A stretch of 64,000 nt of DNA from Octopus vulgaris (taxonomy: Eukaryota): positions 61,442,001 to 61,506,000 of the forward strand of contig OX597824.1 of assembly GCA_951406725.2 (NCBI GenBank). Direction: 5' to 3'. Below are positions 42,995 to 58,599 of this stretch, in pieces. A program made the position numbers and the translations under genes. How positions within the stretch are numbered: the stretch's first letter is position 1; every line of letters begins with the position of its first letter. Below the pieces are notes generated by a model. That model did not search any database. It was not told where the DNA came from and was given only the letters and a program-made list of their open reading frames with translations.

Positions 42995-45790
42995 CCATCT
43001 ACTTCTTCTTTTTCTTCTCATATACGCACAACAGATTAGACTGGTGGAAAAGAAAAAAACCTTATATTGGGCTAAACAAGTAACCTTAGATGCCAAGAAC
43101 CCTCCTAAGTATCCTAGCTGTCCCAACTAACACTGTTTTCTGAAGATGTACTAAACTGGGTTTTATGCCTATTTCCATTAGCCATCTGTTCAAACCTTTA
43201 GGGAGAGTTCCCAATTCACCTATAACTACCTGGTTACATTTCACCCGCAATTGCCATAGTCTCTGTAGTTCAATAGCTAGGTACTGGTACTTTGCTGTGT
43301 TTTCTATACCTCTCATGTTGATGTTCTCATCATATGAGCTCGTAAAGTCAATTATCTGGAATTTTCTATTCCCTTTATCTGCTACTACTAAATCCGGTGT
43401 TCTACCTTCTATTACTCTGTCAGTCTGAATGTTGAAGTCCCACAGCATCTTGTATTTCTTACTTTCTAGTACTTTACTAAGTACATATTCATACCATTTA
43501 TCAGTATGTTCAAATTCTAGCTGTTAACATAACACCCAGTTGATTACTCTCTCTAATTTGTCATATCTTATCTTGTACTCTTTCTGTGTCAGCATGCTAC
43601 ATTCACTTACTGTATGAGTAATGCTTTCCTCTTTTGATTTGCATAACTTAAATTGCGAATCCACTTTGTTTTTGTCTATCTTGGCTTTTATCCAATTAGT
43701 CCTTAATACTTGATCCCGTGCTGCTAATAACAAATTCTCTATCTCCTTTTTCAACTGTCCTTTCTGCAACCATAACCACGTCTCACTACTTCTATTTGCT
43801 GCAACTATCTTTGGGAATCTACCATGCAACGCCTTCTGCCAGTCAGATAATTTCTGTTGTTTTCAGGTTTTTAACTTCGTTTGTGTTTTTTGTTTTCTTA
43901 TGTCTTCCTGTGACTCAAGCAACTTTTAACAAACTTTCTCCTACGTAGGAGTCTATATTTACTCTAGCTAACTCCACACAGTCTTCTACTGATATTAAAC
44001 CTCTTTCACCTTCCTTTCTAGGTAAGTATAACCTTGCCACATCTGCTCTCGGGTGGAGTTCTCCATTCATACTGAATGCCTTCGTAGTTCTGTCTAGTTT
44101 TGCTAATTCAGTTTTTGTCCTATCTACAAAAGCTACTGAGTATCTAAGTAACGATACCGCCCAAGATTCAGGCCATTTAGCTTTGACTTCATCAGTTTCC
44201 TCACCCTTCTGTGTTGTACTCCTCAATTTTTGCTTTCATTTCTATAGTTAATACTTTGATTCTAATACTCCTAGATACTCATAGCACTCTCCTCCTTTCA
44301 AACATTTTAATGTCTAGCCATCTGCTAGTTCGACGCCATCGCTGTTGACTACATTCCTCATTCTCATGACTAACATTGCACATTTTTCTATGCCAAATTA
44401 ATCTTTATTGAAGAGTCTTACAATCTGTATTAAGGAATCTATCTCTTTTTCATTCTTACTAAAAAGCTTCAGATAATCCATGTAAAGCAAATGATTAATT
44501 TTCCCCTTACTATTTATGAACCCAAACCCTGCCTTTGCTTTCCTTAATACTAAACCGAGGGGGAATCAAACATAAAACAAATATTAAAGGAGGCAACGTA
44601 TCTCCCTGGAAAATTCCTCTTTTGATATTAACATCCTCTAACACTCTGTCTACTTCCTATTTCTTCATTCTAAAGATGATTAATTCTCTAATGTTGTCTG
44701 CTATACTGAATATACTCAAACATTGACTTATCCATGAGTGTGGGATCATGTCATAATCTTTTCTATAATCTATCCATGCTATTGTTAGACGTTTCTTTCT
44801 AGCTTTTATTTCATTTAGAACTGGTTTGTCCTTATATAATAGATCATGCGTTCCTCTCGCCTTTATCCTGCAACCTTTCTGTTCTTCTGGCAGTAAATTC
44901 TTGTTGTCAAGGTGCTCGTAAATGCTTTCTGAAAGCATTCCTATTAACAGCTAACACACTAATGATAAACAAGTGATTGGTCTATAATTACTAGTTGTAT
45001 TACCTTTGCTTTTATCTTTCAAAAGAAATATTGTCTTCCCTCTAGCCATCCAATCTGGTATTATTCCTCTATTTTGGTAACTCTGAAGTTGTTCCCTTAA
45101 CCTCCCATGTAAACCACTAAATGTTTTTAGTGAGTAGCCTTGAATTAAATCTGGTCATGTGCTGTTCCAATTCAGCATTTTCCCTAAACTTTTACTCATT
45201 AATGTACTAGTTAGTTTTAGATATGGCTGCTTCTCATTCACTACTTCCCAACTTACTTTAACCGTACTAAATCTCCATTACGATTGACTAGCTTATTCTT
45301 ACTCAGCTAAAATCTCCTGATCTTCTTCACTTAAATCACTTAAGTCGCTGGTACTAGTTGCTCCTTCCTTATTGGTAACGCTATTATTATTTTTTCCTTT
45401 AGGTTCTTCTTTGGTTTCAGGTGTACAGTTTATGTTGTTGTTTGTCTTTCCTGCTGCCTGGGCTTTCTTTTCCAGTTCTCTTGTGATCTCTTCCACCTCC
45501 AGTTCTGTTATCCACTTTCCTCTCCTATCAGTCACTTTAAACACACCCTTCTCTTTCGAAAGTGCAAACATCCTTTCTCTATAGCCTCTTCCTTTAGTTT
45601 CACTTTTTAAGTAGCACTGCATCACTATCTTCTTTTCTTCGCTGCTCTACTTCCTCCTCCTTGCTTTATTATCTGCTGATGCTGTATTAGGATAACAATT
45701 GTGGTCAGTCTGCATCTCTACTGAACCACTTCCGAGCGAGAGGCATTCCATTAAAGGTCCAGTTTCATTTTCACTGTTACAACCAGATTT
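42995..45790 (-). mobile_element. R4/Dong-type (RLE) non-LTR retrotransposon, near full span, decayed
   Basis: N-terminal RRK*SSEEKKIVMQCY..GYRERM. RT motifs EEQKGC, AWIDYRKDYD, RGIFQGD, HLLYMDYLKLF. RLYLPRKEGERGL, MHG, CCHC remnant. RLE region MLWDFNIQTDRVIEGRTPDLVV..IIDF..KYQYL. Confidence 0.92.
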
Positions 45791-45937
45791 CTACGGAAAC
45801 CTATGTCTCACATAAAATGAGGTAAGGTAACGTTCGTCACCAACGTCATCACCGCTATTATTTTTCGACGTCTGATAGTTTCAAGCAACTTTCTATTGCA
45901 TCATTTGTTACACCTTTGTGCTTGTGAAATAGTAGGA

Positions 45938-46037
45938 TTCTTCTTCTTCTTCTTCTTCTTCTTCTTCTTCTTCTTCTTCTTCTTCTTCTTCTTCTTCTTC
46001 TTCTTCTTCTTCTTCTTCTTCTTCTTCTTCTTCTTTG

Positions 46038-46126
<89 letters not shown>

Positions 46127-46167
46127 GTTATTACTAGTACTATTATCATTATTATTATTATTATTAC

Positions 46168-46245
<78 letters not shown>
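45938..46245. repeat. Compound (TTC)n(TCA)n(TAT)n microsatellite
   Basis: Direct inspection. Confidence 0.97.
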
Positions 46246-48017
<1,772 letters not shown>

Positions 48018-48292
48018 GTTATTATTATTATTATTATTATTGTTATTATTATTATTATTATCAATTTCGCCAAAAGTATGGTGAGTCATTTGACCTGTTA
48101 GATCGTCAGACAAAAAGTTTGTTATATTTTTTTCCGTTTTTTTATGCTCTTCTTTGCAAATTCTCCCGAAATTAATCTTGCCTTTCATCCTTGCGTGATT
48201 GATACAATAAAGTATCAGTCTAGTAGAAGGGTCGATGTTATCGACTAACCCTCTCTGGTCAAATTTACTTGTTTTTGCCTAGATTTCTCCAA

Positions 48293-48490
48293 AAGGGCAG
48301 CGAGCCGGCAGAATAGTTCACGAGTCGGAATAATAACTTGTGACATTTTTTCCGATTCTCAACGTTTTGAATGTAACTCATTCCGAGGTCACCTTTGCCT
48401 GTGAACTTTCTATAGTAGATAAAAAATACTAGTCAAGCACTGGGATCGACAGAGTCGATTAAATAAATTCCTTCAAAATTGATGGTCATA
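48293..48490 (+). mobile_element. SINE family B, diverged
   Basis: Head ggcagcgagccggcagaat; body ccgaggtcacctttgcct. Confidence 0.65.
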
Positions 48491-49929
48491 ATCAATCAGA
48501 TATCGTTATGAATTTTGCTAAAGAAAAAAAGAATAAATAAACACCCCTTGATCCCCCCACAAAAAAAAATTCACTGTCGTGATTATCTTAATTAGCATGA
48601 AAGACTACATATATTTACAATCTTTCAGGACCGGCCGGGCACGGCCGGTCAAACTGAAAACAGACAAGTTATTTAACTATAACGCTAAATATTTTACTAT
48701 ATTGTTAATTCATTTGGTTATAATCCATGAACGGAGAAAAGGACGGTAATGCAATAAACAAAATCAATTTTTTATTTATCTAAATTCATCTCAGGAGGAT
48801 GGAAGATAAATTCAACCTTCACAGAATTCGAAATCAGAATGCAGAGAAATGTTACTAATAACGAAAGATTTTTATTCGACTCCAAGCCAATTCTGCTCTG
48901 CAACACTCTGCTTCTTAACCTTGAAAGCTATAGCCAATATAAACACAAGACAACGCATTTTCCACGAAGTGGTGTAATCGAATAAATCTATTCAATTACT
49001 TGACAGTGAAGAATAAAATATCAAATCTATCTTAATGGGATTTGAATGTAAAACATTAAGGAAGATGACTTTCTCTTACCCTCTAGCTCTCTCCCGCTCT
49101 CCTTCTCTTCCCCCTCTCCCTCTTTCCCACTCCAACTCTCTGTTTCCCTAACAATTCAGCCAGCCGCTACCGTGCAACACAATTATGATTTAGGTTAAAG
49201 ACCATAGCTTACACAAAGACTATGATTACATAGTGCCAGGAGTTCTCTTGTACTTTATTTTATTGACCCAGGAATAACGATTCGTAGAACCTGCCCCAAC
49301 TGAATTTTAGCTTCGTACTTAAAAGGATGTGGCTAAATCAAATGCAGCAAGACAATTTGAACGCAATTCTACCGGTTCTGTTGTTAGCATACTATTGTAA
49401 AATTTAGCAATTGTAATGACAATTAATGCAAAAACATAAGATGTTAAGAATTTCATTTCGTTGAACGTGATATTTACTCACTGTGTATCAATGTATGTCG
49501 AGAGATTGTTAAAGTCTAGACGATACAAGACTAGATAAGGCAAGATTTTAAAGACTAGTGAGAAACAACAGATTCAAGAATTATGGCAAGATTATTTTCT
49601 TGCCTGGAATCTAAGAAGATTACCAACTTGTAGACATTTAACTTCTGTACGATTTATTCGTCCATTTTTAAGTAGTTTTTTAAGACAAGGTCAAGTTCTT
49701 TTGATCGTCATATTTATCGGAAAATATTCCTAAAGAGAACAATAACAGTAAGAAGAAAACGGAGACGACGAAGCAGCAAAAGTAGAAAATATTATGTTCT
49801 TACATCTGTGCCTGATTAATGGGAAAGTAGATATTTTTTCTCTTTTGAGTGGAAATCTGTCTCATCACTATCATAATGTTGCAGTAATTTTCAAAGATGA
49901 TATTTTTCTTATCATTCACTTTGTGCTCC

Positions 49930-49980
<51 letters not shown>

Positions 49981-50340
49981 ATGCTTTCTTCCCTTCGTTA
50001 AGGTTCCGTATTTCTATCTATCTATTAATGTATGTTTAACCCACATCTATCACCTGGTGTGTCAGTGTTTATCTGTGTCTGTTTATCTGATTGTCCGTCC
50101 GTCCGTCTGTCTCTCCCCCTCTCTATCTATTTCTCTTATTTTTATCATCTATTCAATCAATATGCATAAACAGAGCACGCACACACACACACACACACAC
50201 AGACACACACACCAAAACATATTTAGTCATATATTTAGGTTCAAATATGTTTGTCACATATTTCAAATGCTAAAGACAAATACACTGCAGTTACCGCGGA
50301 GAAATAATCTCTTTTATGGTAAAAAGATGTGAAAATACTC

Positions 50341-50446
50341 AGTTCGTTCAGTGTCGCCATCTCTCGGGAATGTCAGACATCGATGTTTCGAGTTTTTTGA
50401 CTCTTGTCAATGAGATGTACCTAAGAGAGGCAACTCTGAACAAACT
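50341..50446 (-). ncRNA. Type I hammerhead ribozyme motif, U3-A8 variant, with extended helix I
   Basis: Minus strand: ATCTCA-TTGACAA-GAGT(CAAAAA)ACTC-GAAAC-ATCGAT-GTC-TGACAT. Flanks pair further (AGTTTGTTCAG/CTGAACGAACT, GTTGCC/GGCGAC). Confidence 0.75.
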
Positions 50447-50554
50447 TAATAAAGCTATAGCTTTATATATATTCAGTCAATGATTTGCGTTAGTAGATCG
50501 CCCGCTCAAATTAATTAACGGACCATATATATATACATACATACATACATACAT

Positions 50555-50727
<173 letters not shown>

Positions 50728-51044
50728 TAATGTAACGTAGTTACTCGCAGCCAATTATTGTAGTATCGTCACTATGACAATATTTGTTTACACTATAACC
50801 GTGTAGAAACAATAAAATATATAACGAAGAAGGGTAACAACAGTGTAACGATCTAACAAACTCTACATGAACTACACGCAAACCAACAAACGATATTCCG
50901 ACCACTTCCAAAACTACACCTTACAACTTCCTGCGATTAACCCTACTCTCTGCTGTTTCTCATTCAGACCGCTACTATTTATATAATCGTTCTATTCTCG
51001 TAGGATGTATCGTGACTCTCGCCATTAATCACGACAATTGTTTT

Positions 51045-51220
51045 AACACAAAATGAAACCTTTGATCATGTTGTCTCCATGTACAGTCTTCTTGCGCCTA
51101 CAGAGTATCTCAACAGGCATGATAGAACTGCACAATATATTCGCTGAACTTGTCCCATGATAAAAAAAAAACTGGTGGGAACACAAACCACCTCCAGTAC
51201 TTGAAAATGATCACATCACA
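51045..51220 (+). pseudogene. Short R4/Dong fragment, same family as 47188-47949
   Basis: NETFDHVVS..LLAPTEYLNRHDR and WWEHKPPPVLENDHI. Confidence 0.85.
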
Positions 51221-51457
51221 GCCCGTCTGGCTGCTTTTCTTTTTACTAAACGGAAAGTTACATTGCGGAACAGTAATTTTAATGAGATGCATTTATTTAT
51301 CACCCGACAAGATAACATCTGCACTACCGGATGCTCCTGAAGCAGTTGGTGAGTGCCCCACACATGAGGAATCGATGCTAGATGTGTTAAAACAATTGTT
51401 GTGATTAATATTTAATTCTCTTATATTCCATCTGCCGTCTTTCATTTGCCATATATA

Positions 51458-52679
51458 TCAGGTCATCCCATAAGTTCTGTCCGATTTGACCTTTTTTAAA
51501 ATTGAATGAAATTCAATAGTATTTTAGAATGTCTAATGGAATTAAAAATTATGTTTATGCATTTGTGTACATTTAAACTAATTAACTATCATTTTGCAGA
51601 ATAATAGAATTACAATTTCTTTGATTAAAACCCTTTCTAACATTAAAGTATCCAAAGAGCATTTGAAGCGCATAATGATTTATGAGTACAAAAAAGGAAC
51701 CTCTGCAGCTGAAGCGACTCGTAAAATACACCCAGTTTATGGAAAAGAATACTTGAATGAAAGAACTTGTAGAAGATAGTTTGCAAAATTCAGAAGTGGA
51801 GATTTCAGCCTTGAAGATGAAGATCGAACAGGACGTCCAGTTGAGTTTCATGATAAGCTCCTTGAGGCATTACTTGAAGAAAATCCTGCGCGATCAGTTA
51901 ATGAATTGGCAATAAAGCTTAGTTGAAACCATACATGTCTTTATCGTCATCTTCAACAACATGGACAGGTTCCTAAACTTGGAAAATAGGTGCCTTATGA
52001 ATTGTCGGAAAGCAACCGCAAATCCCGAGTTGACATCTGCTCTTCTGTGCATTCTCACGAACCCATTTCACTCTTTTTGGATAGACTTGTGACTGGTGAC
52101 GAAAAATGGATCTTCTATCGATAATGTTAAAGATCGTAAACAGTGGCTTGGTAAAACGGAAATAGCTCAACCACAACCGAGAAGGCAACTTCATGGAGAA
52201 AAGGATCTTCTCTCTATCTGGTGCGATTGCAAAGGAGTAATTCACTTTGAATTGTTACCACCTAATGCAACAATCAATGCTCAAGTCTACTGTCAGCAAT
52301 CAGAACGTTTGAACCAAGCTCTGAAGAAAAAGAGACCCGCTTTAGTGAATCAAAAAGGAGTGATGTTACATCAAGACAATGCGCTACCCCACACTGCAAA
52401 GGTCACATCAGAGAAGTCTCCCGACCTTGTTCCTTCAGACTACCATTTGTTTGGTAGTTTACAGAATCACTTGGGGGACATAACTTTCGCAAGTCAGAGT
52501 TCTTCACTTTGAAACCAAAGGAGTTTTACTTTGATGGGTTTAAAAAGCTTGTTAATAGATGGAAAGAAGTCATAGATTATCAGGGAAAGTACATTGATGA
52601 TTAAATTTCAATTAGATATTACATTTGATCACTTGTTTTTTTTATTCAAAATTCGGACAGAACTTATGTGATTACCTGA
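51458..52679 (+). mobile_element. Mariner (DD34D) transposon, same family as 4299-5584, decayed
   Basis: TIRs tcaggtcatcccataagttctgtccga / tcggacagaacttatgtgattacctga with TA flanks. Motifs VTGDEKW, LHQDNA, SPDLVPSDY. Confidence 0.95.
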
Positions 52680-53029
52680 TATATAGAGAGAATATTATTA
52701 TCTCCGAAAGTATATGTCACCACAACACTATCAAGGTCATCCAAATTGGTGGAATTCTAACTGAACATCTGAAAAAATTTTAGCTGTTAATAAACGCTAA
52801 CAATATGAAAGGCCTAAATCAAATTGGACTTCAGACATTCATTCATTCAACCACTAGCGACGTCATTGAATAACTACATACTTTATAAAAATAAAAGATA
52901 GAAAATATTATACTAATTCTATATTCTATATTTTTCGACAATTTGAAATCTACATAGAAAAATAATCTAAACGAAATGCTCGAAAAATATAACCTAAAAA
53001 TATGACTCTAAAAAGGAATATTTTGATAC

Positions 53030-53690
53030 ACAATTATTGATGACGTCGCTGCATAACTAAAAAATAAAAACTACAGACAAGAATTTTACCTTGTGCTTTA
53101 TAGATAACTAAAGAATAAAAACTTCAGATATTAATTTTACGTAGTACTTAATAGAAACTTTGATACTTTACTTCGCAATAATTATTTATATATTTAATAT
53201 ATTAAACACTTTTATTGGAGTTAACCTTAATATATAATAACTGAAAAATTATTATAATTTATAATATGTTTAATTATTGATGACGTCACTGGATAACTAA
53301 AGAAAAAAATACAAGGAATTAACGTTATTATATAATAATTGAAAAATATTATAATTAATAGTATATGTAATTATTAATGACTTCGCTGGATAACTAAAGA
53401 ACAAAAATAACATAAAATAATTAAATATCTATTTATTAATTATATTAAATTAAACCCATTTATACGAATTAACCTTATTGTGTGGTAATAAAAATATTAT
53501 TATAATTAATAATATATGCAATTATTGATGATTATTTTGGATAACTAAAGAATAAAACTTACAGATAAGAATTCTACGTTATGCTTAATGGAAGCTTAGA
53601 TACTTTACATCACGATAATTAATTATTTACTCATTTTATTAAATACCTTATAATATAATAATTAAAAATTAATATAATTAATAATTGAAC
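53030..53690. repeat. Degenerate AT-rich tandem repeat
   Basis: Recurrent aattattgatgacgtcgctggataactaaagaataaaa at about 53032, 53272, 53369 and 53520, with variable spacing. Confidence 0.75.
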
Positions 53691-53850
53691 TATTTGAATG
53701 TCTTTCTAAATTTATGGCAACATCTCAAAGTAAAGTGCCCATTAAAATTCAATAGAATTAATTTAGAAGTACACATACACATAACATAAAGAAAATGAAG
53801 AGTATGAAAGCAGAAAAAATCAATTTATTTATATAATAGTCAACTCCATG

Positions 53851-53942
53851 TCGCCTACGCACGTTTCAATTCCCACCTTCATTCATATTTTACAACTAAA
53901 TTTGCATTATGAATTTAAAAAGTAAAAATCTCTTCAGGGAAA
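53851..53942 (-). ncRNA. Type I hammerhead motif, canonical core, long helix II
   Basis: Minus strand: CC-CTGAAGA-GATTTTTACTTTT..ATTCATA...TATGAAT-GAAGGTGGGAATT-GAAAC-GTGC-GTA-GG. Confidence 0.7.
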
Positions 53943-54469
53943 AAGTGACATATATACATATATATTCATTTACATCTTAATGGAGGGAGTGCTCCTTACA
54001 TACGGAATAACAACATAGAAACACATCCTGCTATTCAGTATGTAGGGAGTTCTCCATTGATTATGTGTAGAGTTCAGCGGTCTAACATGGCGGGATGAAG
54101 AGTTTAAAAGTTCAGAAAGTTCAAAAGTCGTGGTAGATTAGAGCGATTTACTTCGACGAAAACAGCCAGTGAGTTCCGTGATGGTAGAGTCCGAAAGAGT
54201 ACGAAGATCCATATGTGCATGTACACGTACATACATAAGAATACACAGCACACACAACCAAATATATCTGTTTGCTGGTGCATTCAACATAATTTTCTTG
54301 TGGTATGTACTGCTGAATAGAGTTAACTTCCTAAAGTTGGTCGGAAAATTTCACTTCCCTTCGTCTATCCGTCCGATCGTCGTTCGTCCGTTCATCCACA
54401 CATCCACTACATACTATCAGCAATAAGATATAGGTAACAGTATTGTTCAACTATTCTTCATTATTAACA

Positions 54470-54685
54470 CCAATTTCAAATTTTGGCGCAAGCCCAACAA
54501 TTTCGAGTGAGAAGTCTCAGTTGATTACATTGGCCCGTGTTCAACTGGTATTTATTTCATCAACTCTGGAAGAATGAAAGGCAAAGTCGACCTCAGCAGA
54601 ATTTGAAATCAGAATGTAAAGTCGGATGAAATTCCATTAAGCACTTTGCCCAGTGTGACGACAATTCTGCCAGCACGCCGCCTTA
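54470..54685 (-). mobile_element. SINE family B
   Basis: Contains atgaaaggcaaagtcgacctc.gc.gaatttgaa and attctgccagcacgccgcc. Confidence 0.82.
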
Positions 54686-55884
54686 TTTGTCATTAGTAAC
54701 TATTCTACATATTAATTTTGGTACACTTTCCCTAGCTACTTTTGTTGGAGTAACTTTTTTTAAATAAAATGCAAGCATACAAATACACACATGTATTATA
54801 TTGCATCATATTATATATATATATATATGCATATATATGCGTATGTATGTATTTATATACATATACTCGTATATAAATTCATACACACATATATACATAC
54901 ATATACATAGATATGCGTATGTATACATACACACACACACACACATATATATGTAATTAAACTGTTCTCTCTATACACAAACGACATCTAAATATTTCTG
55001 TAGGCATCTCAGAAATAGTGATGAAGAGATTGGAAAATTATACTGTTTTGTTCATTGTTCTTCCCAGTTCAGTATTATGATGAAGTGTTAAGATGTACTA
55101 ATATATTCACAACATAGTTCGAGAGAATTGGAATTATTTGAAAGACCGGGAAAATTAATATATGTGTGTATTTATGGAGTTATGCACGGATATGTATGTT
55201 TCCAAACCTCTATATGGATGTCTATATAAGCATGGATACAGACATGCGTACATGTATATATACACATTAACATAGTGCTTAGACACATATGTATGTACGT
55301 ACATATATATATGTATATATATATATACATATACATGTATTTATGTATATGTATATACATACATATACACACATAATACATACATATATATATATATGTA
55401 TATATATATAATATAAATTATACACCCTATGTGTGCATATATGTATTTTTCTATAAATTTGCCCATACACACATTCATCCATATACGCACACATACACGT
55501 ATGTACACACACACATACACGTATATACACACACACATACTGCTCTAGACATATGCGTGATGTTTGGCGTATAATTCAATTTATAATGCAATTATTGAAA
55601 CCCCATTTTCGTTTCGGTTCGCGGCAAAAAAAATAATTTGATATTTGTTGCATTATAGCATTTCCTTTGCTCTCCGTATATTACGTTTTAGTGAGCTACA
55701 ATTCTATGCCTTATATAGACATTTCCGTACGCACTCTGCTTTACACAAGCATGTAGATAAGGACATATACTCATTCTCTCTTTCTCTATTTCAAACAGGA
55801 GAAATAGAATCCAATACATAAAGTGGAGTATATTTATTTATTGTATATAGTGAGGCTACCTAAGTGTTTATCAAAACTTTAACA

Positions 55885-56103
55885 AGAGCCCGTCGATTGT
55901 GTGTCTTTGGGTGTGTGTTTGACCCCACCAACGCTTGGAAACCGGTGTTTGGGTGTTTACGTCTCCTTGATTTTCGGCAAAAGAAAACCGTTGAATGTAC
56001 CAAGTTTGAAAATATAAGCTCTGGGTTCCGTTTGTTTGACTAAATCTCGTCAAGGAGATGCCCCAGCATCGCAGCAGTGAAATGTTTGAAACACGTAAAA
56101 GAT
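55885..56103 (+). mobile_element. SINE family A, 3' part
   Basis: Contains cgcttggaaaccggtgtt, tgtttacgtc and ttcggcaaaaga. Confidence 0.7.
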
Positions 56104-56104
56104 A

Positions 56105-56198
<94 letters not shown>

Positions 56199-56529
56199 TA
56201 ATAAATGAGAGAGAAGTACTTTTATAAAATATTATTTAGCACAAAGAAAATTCAATAATCACAACAAATTGTTCCGTATCTTAAAAAAACTCGTAAATAA
56301 TTTATATTATTATATTTGATAATAAATAAATTACTTACATGTCTGAATTTATTCAAAATGCAAAAACATCTTTCGAAATAATTTAAGCTACGTCTTCAGG
56401 TGAAAGTATATAGTAAAACAATATTAATATGCATTCATTAAATATTGTTCAAAATACAGGATTATAGTTATAATATTGTTTAACATACATAATTATAGTT
56501 ATAATATTACTTAGATACCCTAAAAAATA

Positions 56530-56735
56530 TAAAGGTGAGCTGGCAGAATCATTAACACGCGGGTAAAATGCTTAGCTTAATTTCGTTCATCTTTATGATC
56601 TGAATTTAAATTCTGCCGATGTTTACCTTCCATCTTTTCGCGGTCGATAAAATATATACCAGATGAGCACAGTGATCAATATAATCAACTTACACCTTTC
56701 CCTAAAATTGCTGGCCTTGTGCAAAAACTTGGATC
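56530..56735 (+). mobile_element. SINE family B
   Basis: Head gagctggcagaatc; tail aaattgctggccttgtgc. Confidence 0.75.
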
Positions 56736-58209
56736 CTACACACGCACGCACACACACACTCATATATAGATAAATATATTGTACATGTATTTATGCATGT
56801 ATGCAGAAACTGTAGAAACTATAAGAAAAACTGAACACCATCTCCTGTACCGTCAACAACTGTCAACAAATCTAACAGTACATATCAACCTGTCATTTTT
56901 AGCACACCTATTCAAAAGCTGATTATATTTAATATTGAAGGAAAAAATTGAAAGGAAATCTGCTAGAATAACCAAAAAGTTTTTTCATCCACATTAACAT
57001 TACTTGTTTATTTTAATCTATGTACGTATTTGTGTGTTTTTTTGTTTTGTTTTAAATCTTATGCTTGTTTGCATCACTATTTATGTAAAATGTAGAAAAG
57101 ATATTTAATTGAATGGAGAATAACGACACACGGCTTGTCAGTGCAATTTTTCTACTGGCCAATGTATTATAGTTTAAAGAGTTTGGTAATCTACTTAAAG
57201 CCAAAGTATTATAGTTAGAAACACAAAATAACATTTAAATACTTAAAAATAAACGAGCATAAATCCTCTATAAAACATAAAAATATCACAAAAATAAACT
57301 CAAACGACAATGGGAATCAGCAATGTATATAAGTAGCTAGCTCTCCAGTTTTAAATTAGTTTCCTTTTCTAGGATTTCCTGTCTTTCCACTAATGGTGTA
57401 ATGGATTTTCTTCGAAGTGAATTTCCTGCCGCTTGTTACATCAGAATAAATTAGAAAGAAGTATAAGTAACGAAATCTTCTTACCAGAAGAAGCACGATT
57501 TTTTGATTTTGTGGTATTATATTTTGTGGTATTATATAAAGTGGAAAAAATTGCTACGTACGCAATGAAGCAAACTTCAGTGGATTCAAATACTATCAAT
57601 GATATAGCGCAGCGAAGACACTTCTTCCTGCAAGCAACAGGAAGAGTCAGTTATCGATATATGCAACTGATCAGGAAAACTACATTAGTTAACTATTTGC
57701 CATATTTACACAAGAGATTAGTGTGTTTTCATCAACTTAGAACTATACTATATTAGGGACGAGTGAAAGAAAATGACGCTAATCATTCCTTTCACAAAAG
57801 CAGCAGCAAATAAAGGTTTATTTTCAGAAAAATTGGCTGTATGAAAAAACCCCAAGAAAACTCAGGTAGTATTTGATGTTTAGCATCAAGTCCACCCTGC
57901 CTAAATAAAGCAATGATTACAATCATTTCACCAATGTTATTCTTGTTGTTTAACTACATATTAGGGGTGACTTGGGATTAAACAAACGACTCATAGAATG
58001 TCGTGTTAGCGAGTAGTGTATCAGGATTTTGAAATTTCCTCATACCAGAGATTGACAGATGATCCGAATGATTGCAATAATAGCTACAACTAATATTTCA
58101 ATGCTGATATAAACTGGATGGTACTTACTCTCTCTCTCTTTCTCTTTCTCTGATATGCATATATATATATATACATATATACACACTATACACACACACA
58201 CACACACAT

Positions 58210-58262
<53 letters not shown>

Positions 58263-58407
58263 AATATACATATATTATTTTCTTCAAATCTTTTACTAGT
58301 TTCAGTCATTTGACTGCGGCCAAGCTGGAGCACCGCCTTATATATATATTTCAATATGTGACCGCGTGTGTATCGTTTTCCCTTCCTTGAACCTTTCCTG
58401 TTTCTAT

Positions 58408-58442
58408 GTTTCTAACAAAGAGCTCTGCTCGAAACGTTAAAT
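58408..58442 (+). ncRNA. Decayed minimal hammerhead-like motif (extra A before helix II)
   Basis: TTT-CTAACAA-A-GAGC(TCT)GCTC-GAAAC-GTT-AAA. Confidence 0.45.
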
Positions 58443-58535
58443 CCTCCTTCTTTCTTTCCCTTCATGTGCGTCCAATAACACTATACTTGTTCCACGTCCT
58501 CGCATTGTTATGTTTCCTCTTCATGTTTGGATTAA

Positions 58536-58599
<64 letters not shown>

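Noticed and set aside
50731-51036. Possible solo LTR (TGT...ACA); a similar case lies at about 2398-2660
   Set aside because: No matching TSD and no second copy in the window.
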